Shown here in pieces: positions 33,053 to 45,722 of a DNA stretch of 64,000 nt; within the stretch, counting starts at the first letter, position 1, and every line of letters starts with the position of its first letter. The notes under the pieces are model-generated. The model had not been told where the DNA came from and made no database searches. It was given only the letters and a program-made list of their open reading frames with translations. The stretch comes from Squalus acanthias. Lineage: Eukaryota. The position numbers were made by a program, and so were the translations under genes. Location of the stretch: NCBI GenBank assembly GCA_030390025.1, contig CM059432.1, forward strand, positions 78,184,001-78,248,000, in the 5' to 3' direction.

Positions 33053-34910
33053 ATGAGTGCATCGAAACCTAAGGCTGCACCACGCTTCACTGAGGAATCC
33101 CTGCAAGCTCTTGTGGTGGGAGTTAGAGGGCGCAGGGAGATTCTGTTCCCTCCCGATGGCCGGAGGAAGCCTCCCCAGCAAACCAAGGCAGCCTGGTTGC
33201 GCATTGCTGAGGAGGTCAGCGCAATATCCGTTTGTTCACGCACCTGGATCCAGTGCAGGAAACGCTTTAATAATCTTCTGCAATCATCAAAAGTGAGTAT
33301 CACATCACACTTACCTTCAATCTGCTTCCCTTCTCTTCTCATCACCAGCACTCTGCTTTGTAAGCCTGCTCCTCCACATCCCACCTTATCCTTACTTCCC
33401 TTGCACCCTTACCTATCCATCTCTCTCTCTGAACAGAATGACCTCACCATCCTGCTATGCACCCCTCAAACTCGCTCTCACTGTTATGCATTTACAACAA
33501 CTAACAACGCACAGGGAGCTAGCTTCCTCTTGGCACCTCACTCCATCTTGGTCTTCCTCTAAGCTTCTATGTTATGGATTCTTCACTTGTGTCCCTCCTT
33601 GCAGGAAAAGATAGCCCACAATAAGAGGGCGAGAGCACAGACCGGAGGAGGCCCACCAACCCTCGCAACATTGACAAGTGCTGAGGAGGCTGCGCACAAA
33701 ATCGTTGGAGGTGTGGAGGATGGAGAGACGGGCGCACTGGACGAAGCTGGTGACAGAATAGAGTTTCATCCCTCATTTAGATTTAATGATTGACTGCAAT
33801 GGCATATGATGTTCATAGAGATTCGCTTTGTATCATCTGCACAAAAGGATGTGTCTGCTACCTCAAAATCAGATGTCCAATTCATGCCTTTACTCTCCCA
33901 CAGGACCATCGAGCGCCCCCCTCCCCACCGTCCAGAAGGAAGAGCCAGACGACTCCTTAGAAGAACCTGCAGCCTCTGAGGGAGCAGCGTCACCAGGACT
34001 CAGCGCACCCAGCACCAGCGCAGATACGCACACTTCGGTGGGGCCTTCGCAACATAGAGTAGTGTTGTCACCTGGTGTATCGCAGCTCATAAGTGAGCAT
34101 CAGCAGATGGTGGAGACAGCAACAGCAGTGGAGACTCCTCGTCGGAGGTCGCATGACTCTCCTAGCTCTGCTCAGTTGTATGCAGATGCTGTGCCTCTGG
34201 GGCCATCCAGAAAGAGAGCGGTGCTGGAACTCCAGGAACAAGTGCAGGAGTCTCTGACAGGGTTTGCATCCAGGGTAACTGCGAGTGTGGAGAGAATGGA
34301 GGAGTCCATCTCTAACATGAGCACTGCCTTTGTGGAGGCAATGGCACATGAATGTTCTGCCATGGAGATGGTGGCAACCGCCATGGAGGACATAATTCGC
34401 CAGGCTAATGAAAACTTGGTGACTCTTCAAAATAAATCGTCAGCTATGGAGGAGAGATGGGCATCTATTCAGAAGAGACACCAGAGCTTCATGGACGTCC
34501 TTGTTATGAGGACTGCCAGTACAGATACGGGTCCTCATTGTCCCCCTGATGTGTAGCAAGGTGCTCTCCAGCCACTTGCTAGCACTGAACTGTGGCTGAC
34601 CCATGAGAGGGATGTTGGTGGCAGGCAACCAGGCAGTGTGGGCTCCTTTCCAAGCGCTCACACTCCCATGCCACTGCGGAGCCCTCGGTCAGAACCCGCG
34701 ATTCCTCACCCAACTGAGATGGCCGTCTCAGCCCCTGCACAGCCGCAGAAAGAGCAGACTGTTGCCGAGCCCTCCCAGGCTCGTAAACCCAGAGGATGCC
34801 CTTCAAAGGTGTCTAAGCAGGCGCAGCATCAAAGTACCTCTACATCTGCTGAAGCCACGGGGGAAGCACCATGTAGAAGCAGGCGTAAGAGGAAGATAAA
34901 GCACAAATAG
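33053..34910 (+). pseudogene. Harbinger Myb/SANT-like (NAIF1-like) DNA-binding protein gene; exons 33053-33292, 33605-33749, 33904-34910; one premature TAG at 34554-34556
   Basis: PRFTEESL...AWLRIAEEVSA...RTWIQCRKRFNNL and AQTGGGPP motifs; GT-AG introns of phase 0 and 1 keep the frame; basic C-terminus RSRRKRKIKHK. Confidence 0.82.
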
Positions 34911-35130
34911 TCACAAGGGAAGTCACTTGGGTGTTTTGTTCTGTTGTCTTTGGTTCTGTTTAATATTTTGCATTATCATGCTTTTGTGAATGTAGTAAAC
35001 AAAAGTGATGGCAAACAGTTGAAGGTCTGGCCTATGTGCTCTGGGAAATGGAAGTTACACATTGAGGCCTCAGGGCGACTTGCATTTGTAATGCTGATGC
35101 TGAGAGTGATAGGAAAGCACCATTTATTGG

Positions 35131-38100
35131 AGAGTCATAGAGTCATAACGGCACAGAAGGCGGCCATTCGGCCTATCGAGTGCGTGCCGGCTCTCTGTGA
35201 AGCGATCCAGTCAGTCCCATTCCCCCGCTCTATCCCCATAGCCCTGCAAGTTTATTTCCCTCAAGTGCCTATTATCCAGTCTCCCCTTGAAAACATTGAG
35301 TGTCTCCACTTCCACCACTTCCGTCGGCAGCGAATTCCAGGTCATCACCACTCACTGCGTTAAGTTTTTCCTCACACCCCCCCCTGTATCTCTTGCCCAA
35401 AACCTTAAATCTGTGTCCCCTAGTCCTTGTACCATCAATTAGTGGGAACAGACTTTCCCCGACTAGCCTATGCAAACCCGTCATAATCTTGTACACCTCT
35501 ATCAAATCACCCCTCAACCTCCTTTGCTCTAATGAACACAAATCCAGCTTCTCCAACCTGTCCTTGTAGCTAAGATCCCCCTCCTCAGAACCATTCTGGT
35601 AAATCTCTTCTGCACCCTCTCGAGGGCCTTCACATCCTTCCGAAAGTGTGGTGACGAGAACTGGATGCAATACTCCAGTTGTGGCCTAACCAGCGCTTTA
35701 TAAAGGTTCAGCATATGCTTTGCTAACCACTCTGTCAATATGTCCTGCCACCTTCAGGGACCTATGCACATTAACTCCCAGGTCCCTCTGTCCCTGCACA
35801 CTCTTTAAAACTGTGCCATTAAGTGTATATTGCCTCTCCCTCTTCCTTCTGCCAAAATACATCACCTCACACTTCTCTATATTAAATTCCATCTGCCACT
35901 TGTCTGCCCATTCAACTAGCCTTTCTCTGTCCTGTTGCAGTTGATTGGTATCAGCCTCACTGTTTGCCACACCCTCAAGTTTGCTGTCATCGGCAAATTT
36001 AGAAATTCTACTCTATTCCAATATCCAGGTCATTTATACATATAAAAAAAAGCAGTGGCCCCAGCACTGACCCATGGGAAACACCACTGTCTACCATCCT
36101 CCAGTCTGAAAAATAGCCATTTACTACAACTCGCTGTTTTCTGTCCTTAAGCCAATTCCTTATCCAAGCTGCCACTGACCCACCTATTCCATGAGCCTCA
36201 ATTTTGTTAACCAGCCTTCTATGTGGTACTTTGTCAAACACCTTCCGAAAATCCATGTAGACAACATCCATTGCATTCCCTTCATCAATTCTCTCTGTTA
36301 CTTCATCAAAAAATTCAATTAGATTAGTCAAAAACACGATCTGCCTTTTACAAATCCGTGTCGGCGCTCCTTAATTAGCTTAAACCTCTCCAAGTGCCCG
36401 TTAATTTTTTCCTTGATTATTGTTTCTAAAACTTTGCCCGCCACTGATGTTAAACTGACCGGCCTGTAGTTACTAGGATTGTCCTTACACCCTTGAACAA
36501 TGGTGTCACATTTGCCACATTCCATTCTTCAGGCACCTCCCTCGCATCTAGGGAAAGTTGGAAAATTATGGCAAGCCCTTCCGCTATCTCCTCCCCCAAT
36601 TCCCTTCGCAACCTGGGATGCTAGCCATCTGGACCAGGCGACTTATCCACTCTAAGCATACCCAGTCTTTCTAGTACAACCTGTCTATTAATTTTCACTC
36701 CTTCTATTTCTTCTACCTTTTCCACTTCTACCGATATTTTGTCAGCATCCACCTCCTTGGTAAACACCGATACAAAGTACTCATTGAGTATTCTCGCCTT
36801 GCCCTGCGCCTCTAAGCATATATCACCTTCTTTGTCCCTAATAGGCCCCACCCCGCCTCTTACTACCCGCTTACTGTTTACATGGCTGTAGAAGATTTTT
36901 GGGTTCCCTTTTATGTTAACCGCCATTCTACTCTCATATTCTCTCTTTGCCAATCTTATTTTCATCTTCACTTCCCCTCTCAACTTATTGTATTTGGTCT
37001 GGTTCTCCCTTGAAGAATTCACCTGACATTCATCATAGACCCTCTTTTTTTGTTTCATCATCTTCTCTATCTCCCTCATCATCCAAGGCGCCCTTGCTTT
37101 GGTTCCCTTACCCTTCCCTCTTGTTGAAATGTACCTAGCTTGTACTTGGAACATCTCCTCCTTAAAGATCACCCATTGTTCTGTTACAGTTTTTCCTGTC
37201 AGTCTTTGGTTCCATTTTACTCTGGCTAGATCCTTTCACATCCCATTGAAGTTAGCCCTATTCCAGTTTAGAAGTTCCACTCTAGATTGTTCCTTGCTCC
37301 TCTCGATTGCTAATCTAAATCTTATGATACGATGATCACCCGTACCCAAGTGTTCTCCCACAGACACTTTGGGGGCGATTTTGTCAATGGGGGTGCGTTG
37401 GAGGCGGGACTGCTGCTCGTCGGTTTTAGTCCCACCTCCATCGACTTGTGGCCAACCCACGCTATTTTCCCTTGATTGACCTTGTTAAGCCCGCCCAGCG
37501 GACTTAGCAGACAAATTAAGGGAAAGCCGGTGACAGAGAACGTCAGCGTATGACATTTCATCTGTCAAAAATTTTTGACCGATGAATTGTCATCGTTTGA
37601 CAGCTCTATGATGCTGCCAAACACAGACATTCTATGTTGATTGATGAGTCCTTGTATTCAAGACTCATCAAACCTCTTTTGTGAGCAGAAATTAGATGGT
37701 TGTTGCATTGGAGAATGCAGCAGCCATCTGTCATCTCTGCCGGTGAGATGCGAGACTCTCCGCATCCCCAACTGTTGAAGCCTGCAGGAAGAAACAAAGG
37801 TAAGGAAACATTTTCTATCACTTTCCACTCACCTCACATACTTACCTCTCTACACTTGCACCCATCACTCACCTTCACAGCGCACTTTTGCACCGCTCCG
37901 ACCCCCGCAGACCCACTGCTCGCCTTGGTGACCCTGGCGGGGTTTCCCAATGTTGGGAAGCCCGCGCCTCTGTTGGAAAAATAGGGATAATCCTCTTAAC
38001 TGCCTGTTAACTACCTGTTAACAGGCAGTTAAGTGGCTGTAATCCCCTTCCCGCTACCCACCTCCTGGGAAGATGGCACGGAGGCGGGTTTGGGGCGGGA

Positions 38101-39280
38101 TGGGCACCCGCCCCCAGATTCTGTCATTTTCCCGGCAGACCCGCCTCCCCAGGGCTGGCAAGATCGCGCCCTTGGTCTACCTGGCCCACCTCATTCCCCA
38201 GTACCAGATCCAGCAATGCCTCCTTCCTAGTTGGGCCAAGAACATATTGGTCAAGGAAATCCTCCTGAACACATTTCAGAAATTCCTCCCCCTCCTTTCC
38301 CTTTACCCTAGCATTATCCCAATCGATATTTGGGTAATTAAAGTCCCCCAATATCATCACTCTTTAGCTCTTGCATATCTCTGTGATTTCCCTGCAGATT
38401 TACTCCTCTACCTCCCTCTCACTATTTGGAGGCCTGTAGAATACCCCCAATAGTGTGATCATACCCTTTTTGCTCCTCAACTCTAACCAAATAGATTCTG
38501 TCCTTGTCCCCTCAAGAACATCCTCCCTTTCCAACACTACAATATCTTCCTTAATCAGCACTGCCACCCCACCTCCCTTTTTTCCTTCCCTATCTTTTCT
38601 GAACACCTTGTACTCTTGAATATTAAGTGCCCAGTCCTCACCGTTTTTAAGCCACGTTTCCGTTATTGCCACAACATCATATTGCCACACGGCTAATTGT
38701 GCTTGTAGCTCACCAACCTTATTCACCACACTTTGTGTGTTTACGTACATACATTCTAAACCCATTTTTGAATGTTTCATAGTCTTTCTTAGTCTAAAGG
38801 AATCTAAAGCCCTCCCTCCTGCACCATCTCTCCAGCCATGCATTTATCTGTTCTATCCTCCTATTGCTGTACTCACTAGCACGTGGCACCGGGAGTAATC
38901 CGGAGATTACTACCTTTGAGGTCCTGCTTTTTATTCTCATTCCTAGCTCCCTATAGTCTGCCTGCAGGACCTCATCCCTCTTTCTGCCTATGTCGTTGGT
39001 ACCGATATGGACAACGACCTCTGGCTGTTCATCCTCCCCCCTCAGAGTGTCCTGCAGCCTCTCAGTGACATCATTGACCCTGGCACCAGGGAGGCAACAT
39101 ACCATCCTGGAGTCACGTCTGCGTCCACAGAAACGCCTGTCTGTTCCCCTAACCAATGAATCCCCTATCACTATTGCTCTTCCACTCTTCTTCCTCCCCC
39201 CCCCCCCCCCCCCCCCCGGTGCAGCTGAGTCACCCGTGGTGCCGTGGCCTTGCCTCTGGCTGCTGTCTCCAGAGGAGCCA
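35131..39280 (-). mobile_element. Near full-length decayed CR1 LINE (SGNH esterase ORF1 ~38794-39280; endonuclease-RT ORF2), interrupted by a MITE
   Basis: VIGDSLVR and HIGTNDI in ORF1; [34 protein letters not shown] and RPQLEYC in ORF2; (TATGACTC)n-like tail. Confidence 0.92.
37371..38171. mobile_element. Harbinger-like MITE inserted in CR1
   Basis: Imperfect TIR GGG(G/C)GCGAT(T/C)TTG(T/C)CA; 3-bp flanks TTT/TTG; removal restores the CR1 peptide VGQVDQ|VSVGEHLG. Confidence 0.85.
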
Positions 39281-39391
39281 TGTTTCATCCTTTTTTATTT
39301 TTTCTGCCATATGAAGTGTAGCCTCATGAAATTGACTTCATGAACTTAATTTTGTTTTTCAGACGCCTGGTAAAAGCAGACTTAAGTTAAA

Positions 39392-39498
39392 ATGGCTGAA
39401 CAAAGACAACGTGCACTTTCTACATCTGGGGAAGCACTTTACCAAATTCTAGGCCTAGAGAAAGGAGCTTCACATGAGGAGATAAAAAAATCCTACAG
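39392..39498 (+). CDS. DNAJC5B: Cysteine string protein (DnaJ C5 family, beta-like), coding exon 1 (exon starts at 39363)
   Basis: [36 protein letters not shown]; acceptor TTTTTCAG at 39362; donor GTACGT at 39499; 107 coding nt. Confidence 0.93.
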
Positions 39499-40848
39499 GT
39501 ACGTAGAACGGTTTACCAAATCCCACACCAAAGTACTGTATAGGGATGAAAATACCGGGAACTAAATTTTAGATTGATGGTACCCTTCATCAGAATTGTC
39601 ATGATCAGGCTTAAAAAGCCTCTTTTATAGGCCAAGGACAAATCAGAATAGATGGAGGAGAGAACAATAGGTAATGGTTATGTGTTCAAATGGATTACTT
39701 TCACAAAGGCAACTACTTGGAGCAGTAGAATATTACATGCATGTCAGATGTCAGTGTTTCCTGCTGCCAGCATTTTGGGGGTCTGGTCAGTGTGTCAGCA
39801 TATGCTGACAAAAATCAGTATAAACTTCCCCTTCCCCTCCCAGTGCTGCCCTCTCCTCATTGATGCTTGTATCTGGGTCTGGCTGCTAATATCCTCCCTT
39901 CTCCTTACCTCGCTCCTGTGCAGCACCTTGGTACATTTTACTACGTTAAAGGTGCTATATAAATACAAGTTGTTGTTGTTGTAGACAGGAACTCCTGTTA
40001 CCCGTCTACAGTATACAGAGATCCAGCAATCCCTGCCTTAGCGCTAGCAGCAGTGTGGAGAGTGACTCTGGTCTGGTGCATTAGCAGCCAGATTCAGGTA
40101 GGAGCAAGATGGGGCAGGACTGAGTTAGGATGGAAAAGTGGATGGCAACGAAAGGGGGAAGTGGATAGCAATTGAAGAGGAGAGAAATGGATGGTAATGA
40201 AGGGAAGAGGCATAGGTTAAGAATGGTGGAAGAGGAGAGAAGCTGGGAGCAGCATTTTGGTGTGGGGGAGAGAGTGCCAACATTAAGAGAATGGGGAGAG
40301 AAAGTGCCAGTATGAACTGGGGGAGTGGTATCATGAACTCCGGTGGGGAGAAGGAAAAGTGCCACTTGAACTGGACGAGTGCATGAAGTGTACTAGCTTA
40401 ACAGGTTTGGAGGAGCCGAATGATGCCAGGTTGAATTGATGGGGGAGAGGAAGACGTATTTAGAGAGTTGGCAGAGAAGATAGTGAGGAATTAGATGGGG
40501 TACAGTGTCTCTGTGAACTGGGTTTGCAGAGGGTTGACTACTTTTGTGAACCAGGACGGTGGGGGTGGATGTGGGAGACTGTTAACATAGTATTTGGGTA
40601 TGTAATGGTCTGGTGGTCTGCTGAAAATGCAAATGTTACTTTGTTTTTCCTTTTTTGTAAGATTAAAAATCTATTGTGAAGTATAGAATGCTTAAAATAA
40701 ACCAGAATGCATATTCAAAATGAGCTACCAATTTTATGCCTCCAACATATGAATTTCCCTTTAGATTTTCATCTACTTATGTTTGTTCTAATGCAAGTGA
40801 AGGACTGTTGTTTCTATTTTCATCTTGAGTTGAAAGCCTATGGAACTA

Positions 40849-41201
40849 CAGGAAACTCTTTATTAACCGGGACCGGCGTGGTGCCGGTTAATCAAAAAGT
40901 CCGGATAATGGAGAGTTATATCTCCCAACGTACGAGAGCCCCGTACACATTGACATGCGCCTGCATTCGGAGCTCTGTCTCCCCGGGGACCGCCAGCTGA
41001 CCATCTGTCGTGTCCGCTGCCTACCCGGGCTGCACATTCCCCTCCCAATCTACACGCTCCGATACAAGGCAAACGCCTCGGTTTTTTTTAAAGTTAATTT
41101 TAAACGAGAGATGAAGGAAAACCCCGGTTACCTACTCAAGAATTTTGCCGGTTAAGAGAGATTTCCGGATATTTGGGTGCCGGTTAATAAAGAGTTTCCT
41201 G
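40849..41201. mobile_element. Tc1/mariner-pogo (Tigger-like) MITE, 353 bp
   Basis: Perfect 22-bp TIR CAGGAAACTCTTTATTAACCGG and TA target duplication. Confidence 0.9.
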
Positions 41202-41605
41202 TACATGTATTCATATGTCAGGGCCATTCTTGAGTTCGCTTTTTGGGGGCTGTGGCTGTATTTGCTAGTTTCTAGGTTGGCATGTATGCTACTAACAGAT
41301 TTTAAAGTGAAGGGAAGATATGTAAAGTGTTTTCTTGGTAGAGAATGGGTTTGGTTCATTTCGGATCAAATCTGAAGCACTGCCGTGAGACTGTTTACTT
41401 TTCACTAATATGCACTGGTTCACTGGTTCTTTACTTCCTTCAACCGATACAGGTTTTTACTTTTGTTGAGAATGAAATGCCTTTTATTTATACGGTAATT
41501 TTTAATTTTTCCCTTTTTTTACCCAGGTTTCCCATTTCTGCCCATGCACCATTCCCGGCTACCATCAGTACCTGCCATGTTGTTTGGATGCCAGCAGCAT
41601 GTATA

Positions 41606-42668
41606 TCATAGAAATTTACGGCACAGAAGAAGGCCATTCGGCCCATCATGTCTGTGCCGCCCGAAAAAGAGCTATCCAGCCTAATCCCACTTTCCAGCTC
41701 TTGGTCCGTAGCCTTGTAGGTTATGGCACTTCAAGTGCACATCCAAGCGCTTTTTAAATGCGTTGAGGATTTCTGACTCCACCGCCCTTTCAGGCAGTGA
41801 ATTCCAGACCCCCATCACCCTCTGGGTGAAGAAAGTTCTCCTCAACTCCCCCCTAATCCTTCTACCAATTACTTTAAATCTATTCCCCCTGGTTATTGAC
41901 CTCTCTGCTAAGGGAAATAGGTCCTTCCTATCCACTCTTTCTAGGCCCCTCATAATTTTATATATCTCAATCAAGTCTCCCCTCAGGTTCATCTGTTCCA
42001 AAGAAAACAACCCCAGCCTATCCAATCTTTCCTCAAAGCTAAAATTCTCCAGTCCTGGCTACATCCTTGTAAATCTCCTCTGTACCCTCGCTAGTGCAAT
42101 CACATCTTTCCTGTAATGTGGTGACCAGAACTATACGCAGTACTCTAGCTGTGGCCTAACTAGTGTTTTATACAGTTCAAGCATAACCTCCCTGCTCTTG
42201 TATTCTATGCATCCACTAATAAAGGAAAGTATCCCGAATGCCTTCTTAACCACCTTATCTACCTGTCCTGCTACCTACAGGGATCTGTGAACATGCACTC
42301 CAAGGTCCCTCTGTTCCTCTACACTTCTCAGTATCCTACCATTTATTGTCTTGCCATCCCTTGCCTTATTAGCCCTCCCAAATGCATTACCTCACACTTT
42401 TCCAGATTAAATTCCATTTGCCACTTTTCTGCCCACCTGACCAGTCCATTGATATCTTCCTGCAGTCTTCAACTTTCTTCCTATCAACCATACGACCAAT
42501 TTTTGTATCATCTGCAAACTTCTTAATCACGCCTTCTACATTGAAGTCTAAATCATTGATGTATACCACAAAAAGCAAGGGTCCTAGTACTGAGCCCTGC
42601 GGAACCCCACTGGAAAATGCCTTCCAGTCACACAAACACCCGTCGACCATTACCCTTTGCTTCCTGCC
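41606..42668 (-). mobile_element. 5'-truncated CR1 LINE
   Basis: [22 protein letters not shown] and LRGDLIEIYKI. Confidence 0.9.
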
Positions 42669-42759
42669 ACATCTGCTTGCTCAGACTGACCTCGCAGGTA
42701 TGCAATATCAGTGTCCTGTGGCCCTGAACTGAATTTCAAAACACACATCTGGTCAGTCA

Positions 42760-43333
42760 TCACCTACATCCAATTTTAGAACATTGCATGCCTTTGCCCC
42801 TACCTCATCCCGCTGCTGAATCCCTTATCTGCACCTTTGTCATTTCAAGTCATAATTTCTCGAACACCCTCCTTGCTAACCTTCCCTGCGACACCCAACA
42901 TAAACTCAAACTCAGAGAGAACTCTGTGGTCCATATCCCATCAAGCTCAAAGTCCACACACCCATCACTACTGTCTTCACCAATGATTTGTTTCCTGAAT
43001 CCTGACATTCAAAATCCTTATTCGGGTGTCAAATCTATCTGTGCCCTTCATCCCAGTGCTCACCCTCCACTCTTCTGACTGTTCATTTCTCTACACACAC
43101 ACACCACCCCTAATCCAGGCCTTAATACCCCTACACTCTGCAGTTCTCTTCCTAAACCTCTCTGCCTTGCTAATTCACTCCCCACCTTCAACAGCCTCTT
43201 CCAAATTTACTTCTTGACCGTACCTTTGGCCACCTCCCCTAAATTGTTTCTTGCTTAGTGTCCAGTACTCCACCAATAAAGTGTGTTGAAGCATTTTGTT
43301 TCATGGAAAGCACTATATAAATATAAGTTGTTA
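42760..43333 (+). mobile_element. Decayed L2 LINE 3' fragment
   Basis: AESLICTFV...NTLLANLP and the CTATATAAAT..AAGTTGTT tail. Confidence 0.7.
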
Positions 43334-43342
43334 TAATATCAT

Positions 43343-44080
43343 GGGGGCTAAATTCAGTTGATTTGCACCTCCCGTTAGCACCCAAATCAACTAGCGCCTG
43401 GGCGCGGCGCCGCTAACGCCTCCCGCAAAATTCAGCGGGAGGTTAGCGGCGGTGCTAACCGTTAGCACCACGCTGCGCCACCGGCAATGACGCCATCGCC
43501 GTGCGCAGCGCCCCGGCTGTAATATTGGGTGGCGCCCCCCGACTTACCGCCGGACGCTATGTCAGCTGGGGTCAAGGGGGCCTACCTGCGGCCGGGGCGG
43601 TGCTACTTAAAGGGGAGGTGGCGGGCGGCCATTTTTGTTGCTGGCCGCCTGCCAGCACCTGCCCCCGTTGGTGTCCCCGGCCCCCGTGAAGGCCCCCCCG
43701 CGGGGTGCCGGCTACTCTCCGTGAGCCCGGCACTCCACCTGACGTGGTGTCCTTTGTTCGTTTGCCGGCACTCCCGATCCCTGGTGGCCCAGCTGGGCGC
43801 TGGGACACGCTGCGCCAGGCCCCTCCCCTTTAATAAGGGGAGGAAGGCCTGCATTACCGCAGCGTGACGTGCTGCAGCGCATGGCGCTGCGGCACATCGC
43901 GCCGCGATATTGGCTTGCAGCGCCCCAAGAGGGACGCGGGACGCTTCCAGTAGCGCCCCTCCTCCCTTTCGGAGCGCTACCTGGGAAAATCGGCCGCGGG
44001 GGCACTAACTTTCTCGGGACGCTAATTCTAGCGCCCCGGCGAAGGTAGCACCCCAAAGGGCGCTACCCAATTTTTACCCC
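43343..44080. mobile_element. GC-rich Harbinger-like MITE (same family as 30348-31125)
   Basis: Imperfect TIR GGGGGCTAAATT / AATTTTTACCCC; shared internal TTAAAGGGGAGG and CCCTTTAA blocks. Confidence 0.7.
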
Positions 44081-44934
44081 AATGTAACTTTTGTCAGTAG
44101 GAGCTGGGACAGGATTGTGGCCAGAAGGTTATGCGGAGTGCTTTTGACTACTGTATTTGCACTATAGAAGATTCCATATTACACTACTCCAAAAGGGACA
44201 GGGGAAGACAAATCTGCTTTACACCAGTGCTCGTCACAGCATTTTATTGTTTTCACAGCGCTGTGTTGGCTTTGGCACAGAAGTGATTCCAATGTCTTGA
44301 GGCAATATGGTGATAACACACTGTCACTGTTCCTGTTTGCAGCCATCTAGGCTTAAGAACCATCAGAACACCTGACGTGGTGTCCTTTTCATATCTTTAG
44401 TCAGATACAATCTATCTTGTAGCAGACATCAACAGAACACACTTTTATATGTTTTTATTCTAAACTGGATTGTGCCATTTGTTGGCAAATATAAAGATCT
44501 TTTTTCGAAGACAGTACAAAAAAACAAGATGAATATAATTATATGGCAAAAACATTTTGGATACTTCCAGCCTAATTAAAATCCCAGAACCAGCTGTGCA
44601 GACAAAGAAAGGAAAATACTAAAAGGGTCAGCAGAAGTAAGGCAGAAAATAGTGCTTATAAAATCTAAAATTCTGTTTTTATTTCTGTTGATGTTTGTGA
44701 CTCAAGTGAGCATCTATTAATTAATACAGTTCCCATTCGTTTTGTGATTCACTTCCTCTTCCCCACATCAGCTTGGTTTGTATGCCTGCTTAGCACAATG
44801 TGGCTGAGATCAGGAACTTAGTAGCATGTGTAGATTGTGAATGAGAACCCATTTCCCATCACTCCATGATGCCAAATGTTGATGCTCCATCTCCCCTTCA
44901 CAAGACCAAATCTAATATCTGATGTAAACTTCCT

Positions 44935-45240
44935 TCAATGGTTTAGTAGGTAAATCACCGTGTGGCATGGTACTAAATCATATAGACCAGGAAAGTCCCA
45001 AATTCAATCCCTAATGTATGCCAAGTTTGTTTATCTCAGCCAGGGAAGCAGCAATGGAAAAATCATCCAGTGCTCCCATTCTTGATCGCTGTCTAGTAAC
45101 TCCTGCTGGAAAGTGTGCATGTGATTGGAAGTGGACAGCATCAGGATCTGCTGGTACTCATTGTCTAGGCTCAAATGTGAAAAATAGCCATGGCAAGGTA
45201 CTGGATAGTTGATGAAGACTATGGAACCATGCCCAATATC
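44935..45240 (+). mobile_element. Decayed LF-SINE-like element
   Basis: AGACCAGGAAAGTCCCA..TTCAATCCCT, TCTCAGCCAGGG and TGATCGCT..CTCCTGCTGGAAAGTGTG blocks resemble LF-SINE as I recall it (not searched). Confidence 0.55.
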
Positions 45241-45334
45241 AGTTGGTACATAAATTATTAAAATCAATTTTTATGGTGCTTTGTAGACATTTTTGCTGTA
45301 GTGACAAAAACTGCATTTTTTTTTCAGATAAACT

Positions 45335-45722
45335 CAGGAAGAATGAGAAGAGGCAATATAACCTCATTTTTACAATTTTAAAGGGGGTGCAGGAACAGAG
45401 GGGCCGGGGGGGTTTGTGTACAGAAATCTTTGAAGGTGGCAGGACAAGTTGATAAGGCTGTTAAAGCATATGGGCGCCTTGGCTTTATAAATAGGGACGT
45501 AGAGGTGAGATGAGAAGAATTTTTTTAACGCAGCTATTTATTATGATCTGGAATGCACTGCCTGAAAGGGTGTTGGAAGCAGATTCAACTGTAGCTTTCA
45601 AAAGGGAATTGGATAAATACTTGGAGAGAAAATTGCAGGGAGTGGGACTAATTGGATATCGATTTCAAATAGCCGGCACAGACATGATTGGCTGAATGGC
45701 CACCTGTGTTGTAAGATTCTAT
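45335..45722 (+). mobile_element. CR1 3' fragments with internal deletion
   Basis: ILKGVQEQR and RRIFLTQ..IWNALPERV; GGCTGAATGGCC tail. Confidence 0.75.

Larger units (their letters stand above)
32783..35130 (+). mobile_element. Partial PIF/Harbinger transposon carrying the Myb/SANT gene
   Basis: GCCGCGATTTT terminus-like start, promoter motifs and a spliced Myb-like gene; cut off by a CR1 insertion. Confidence 0.65.

Noticed and set aside
38794..39288. Stand-alone SGNH/GDSL esterase gene (also 58550-58999)
   Set aside because: This is the known esterase-type ORF1 of CR1 LINEs, in its normal position upstream of ORF2.
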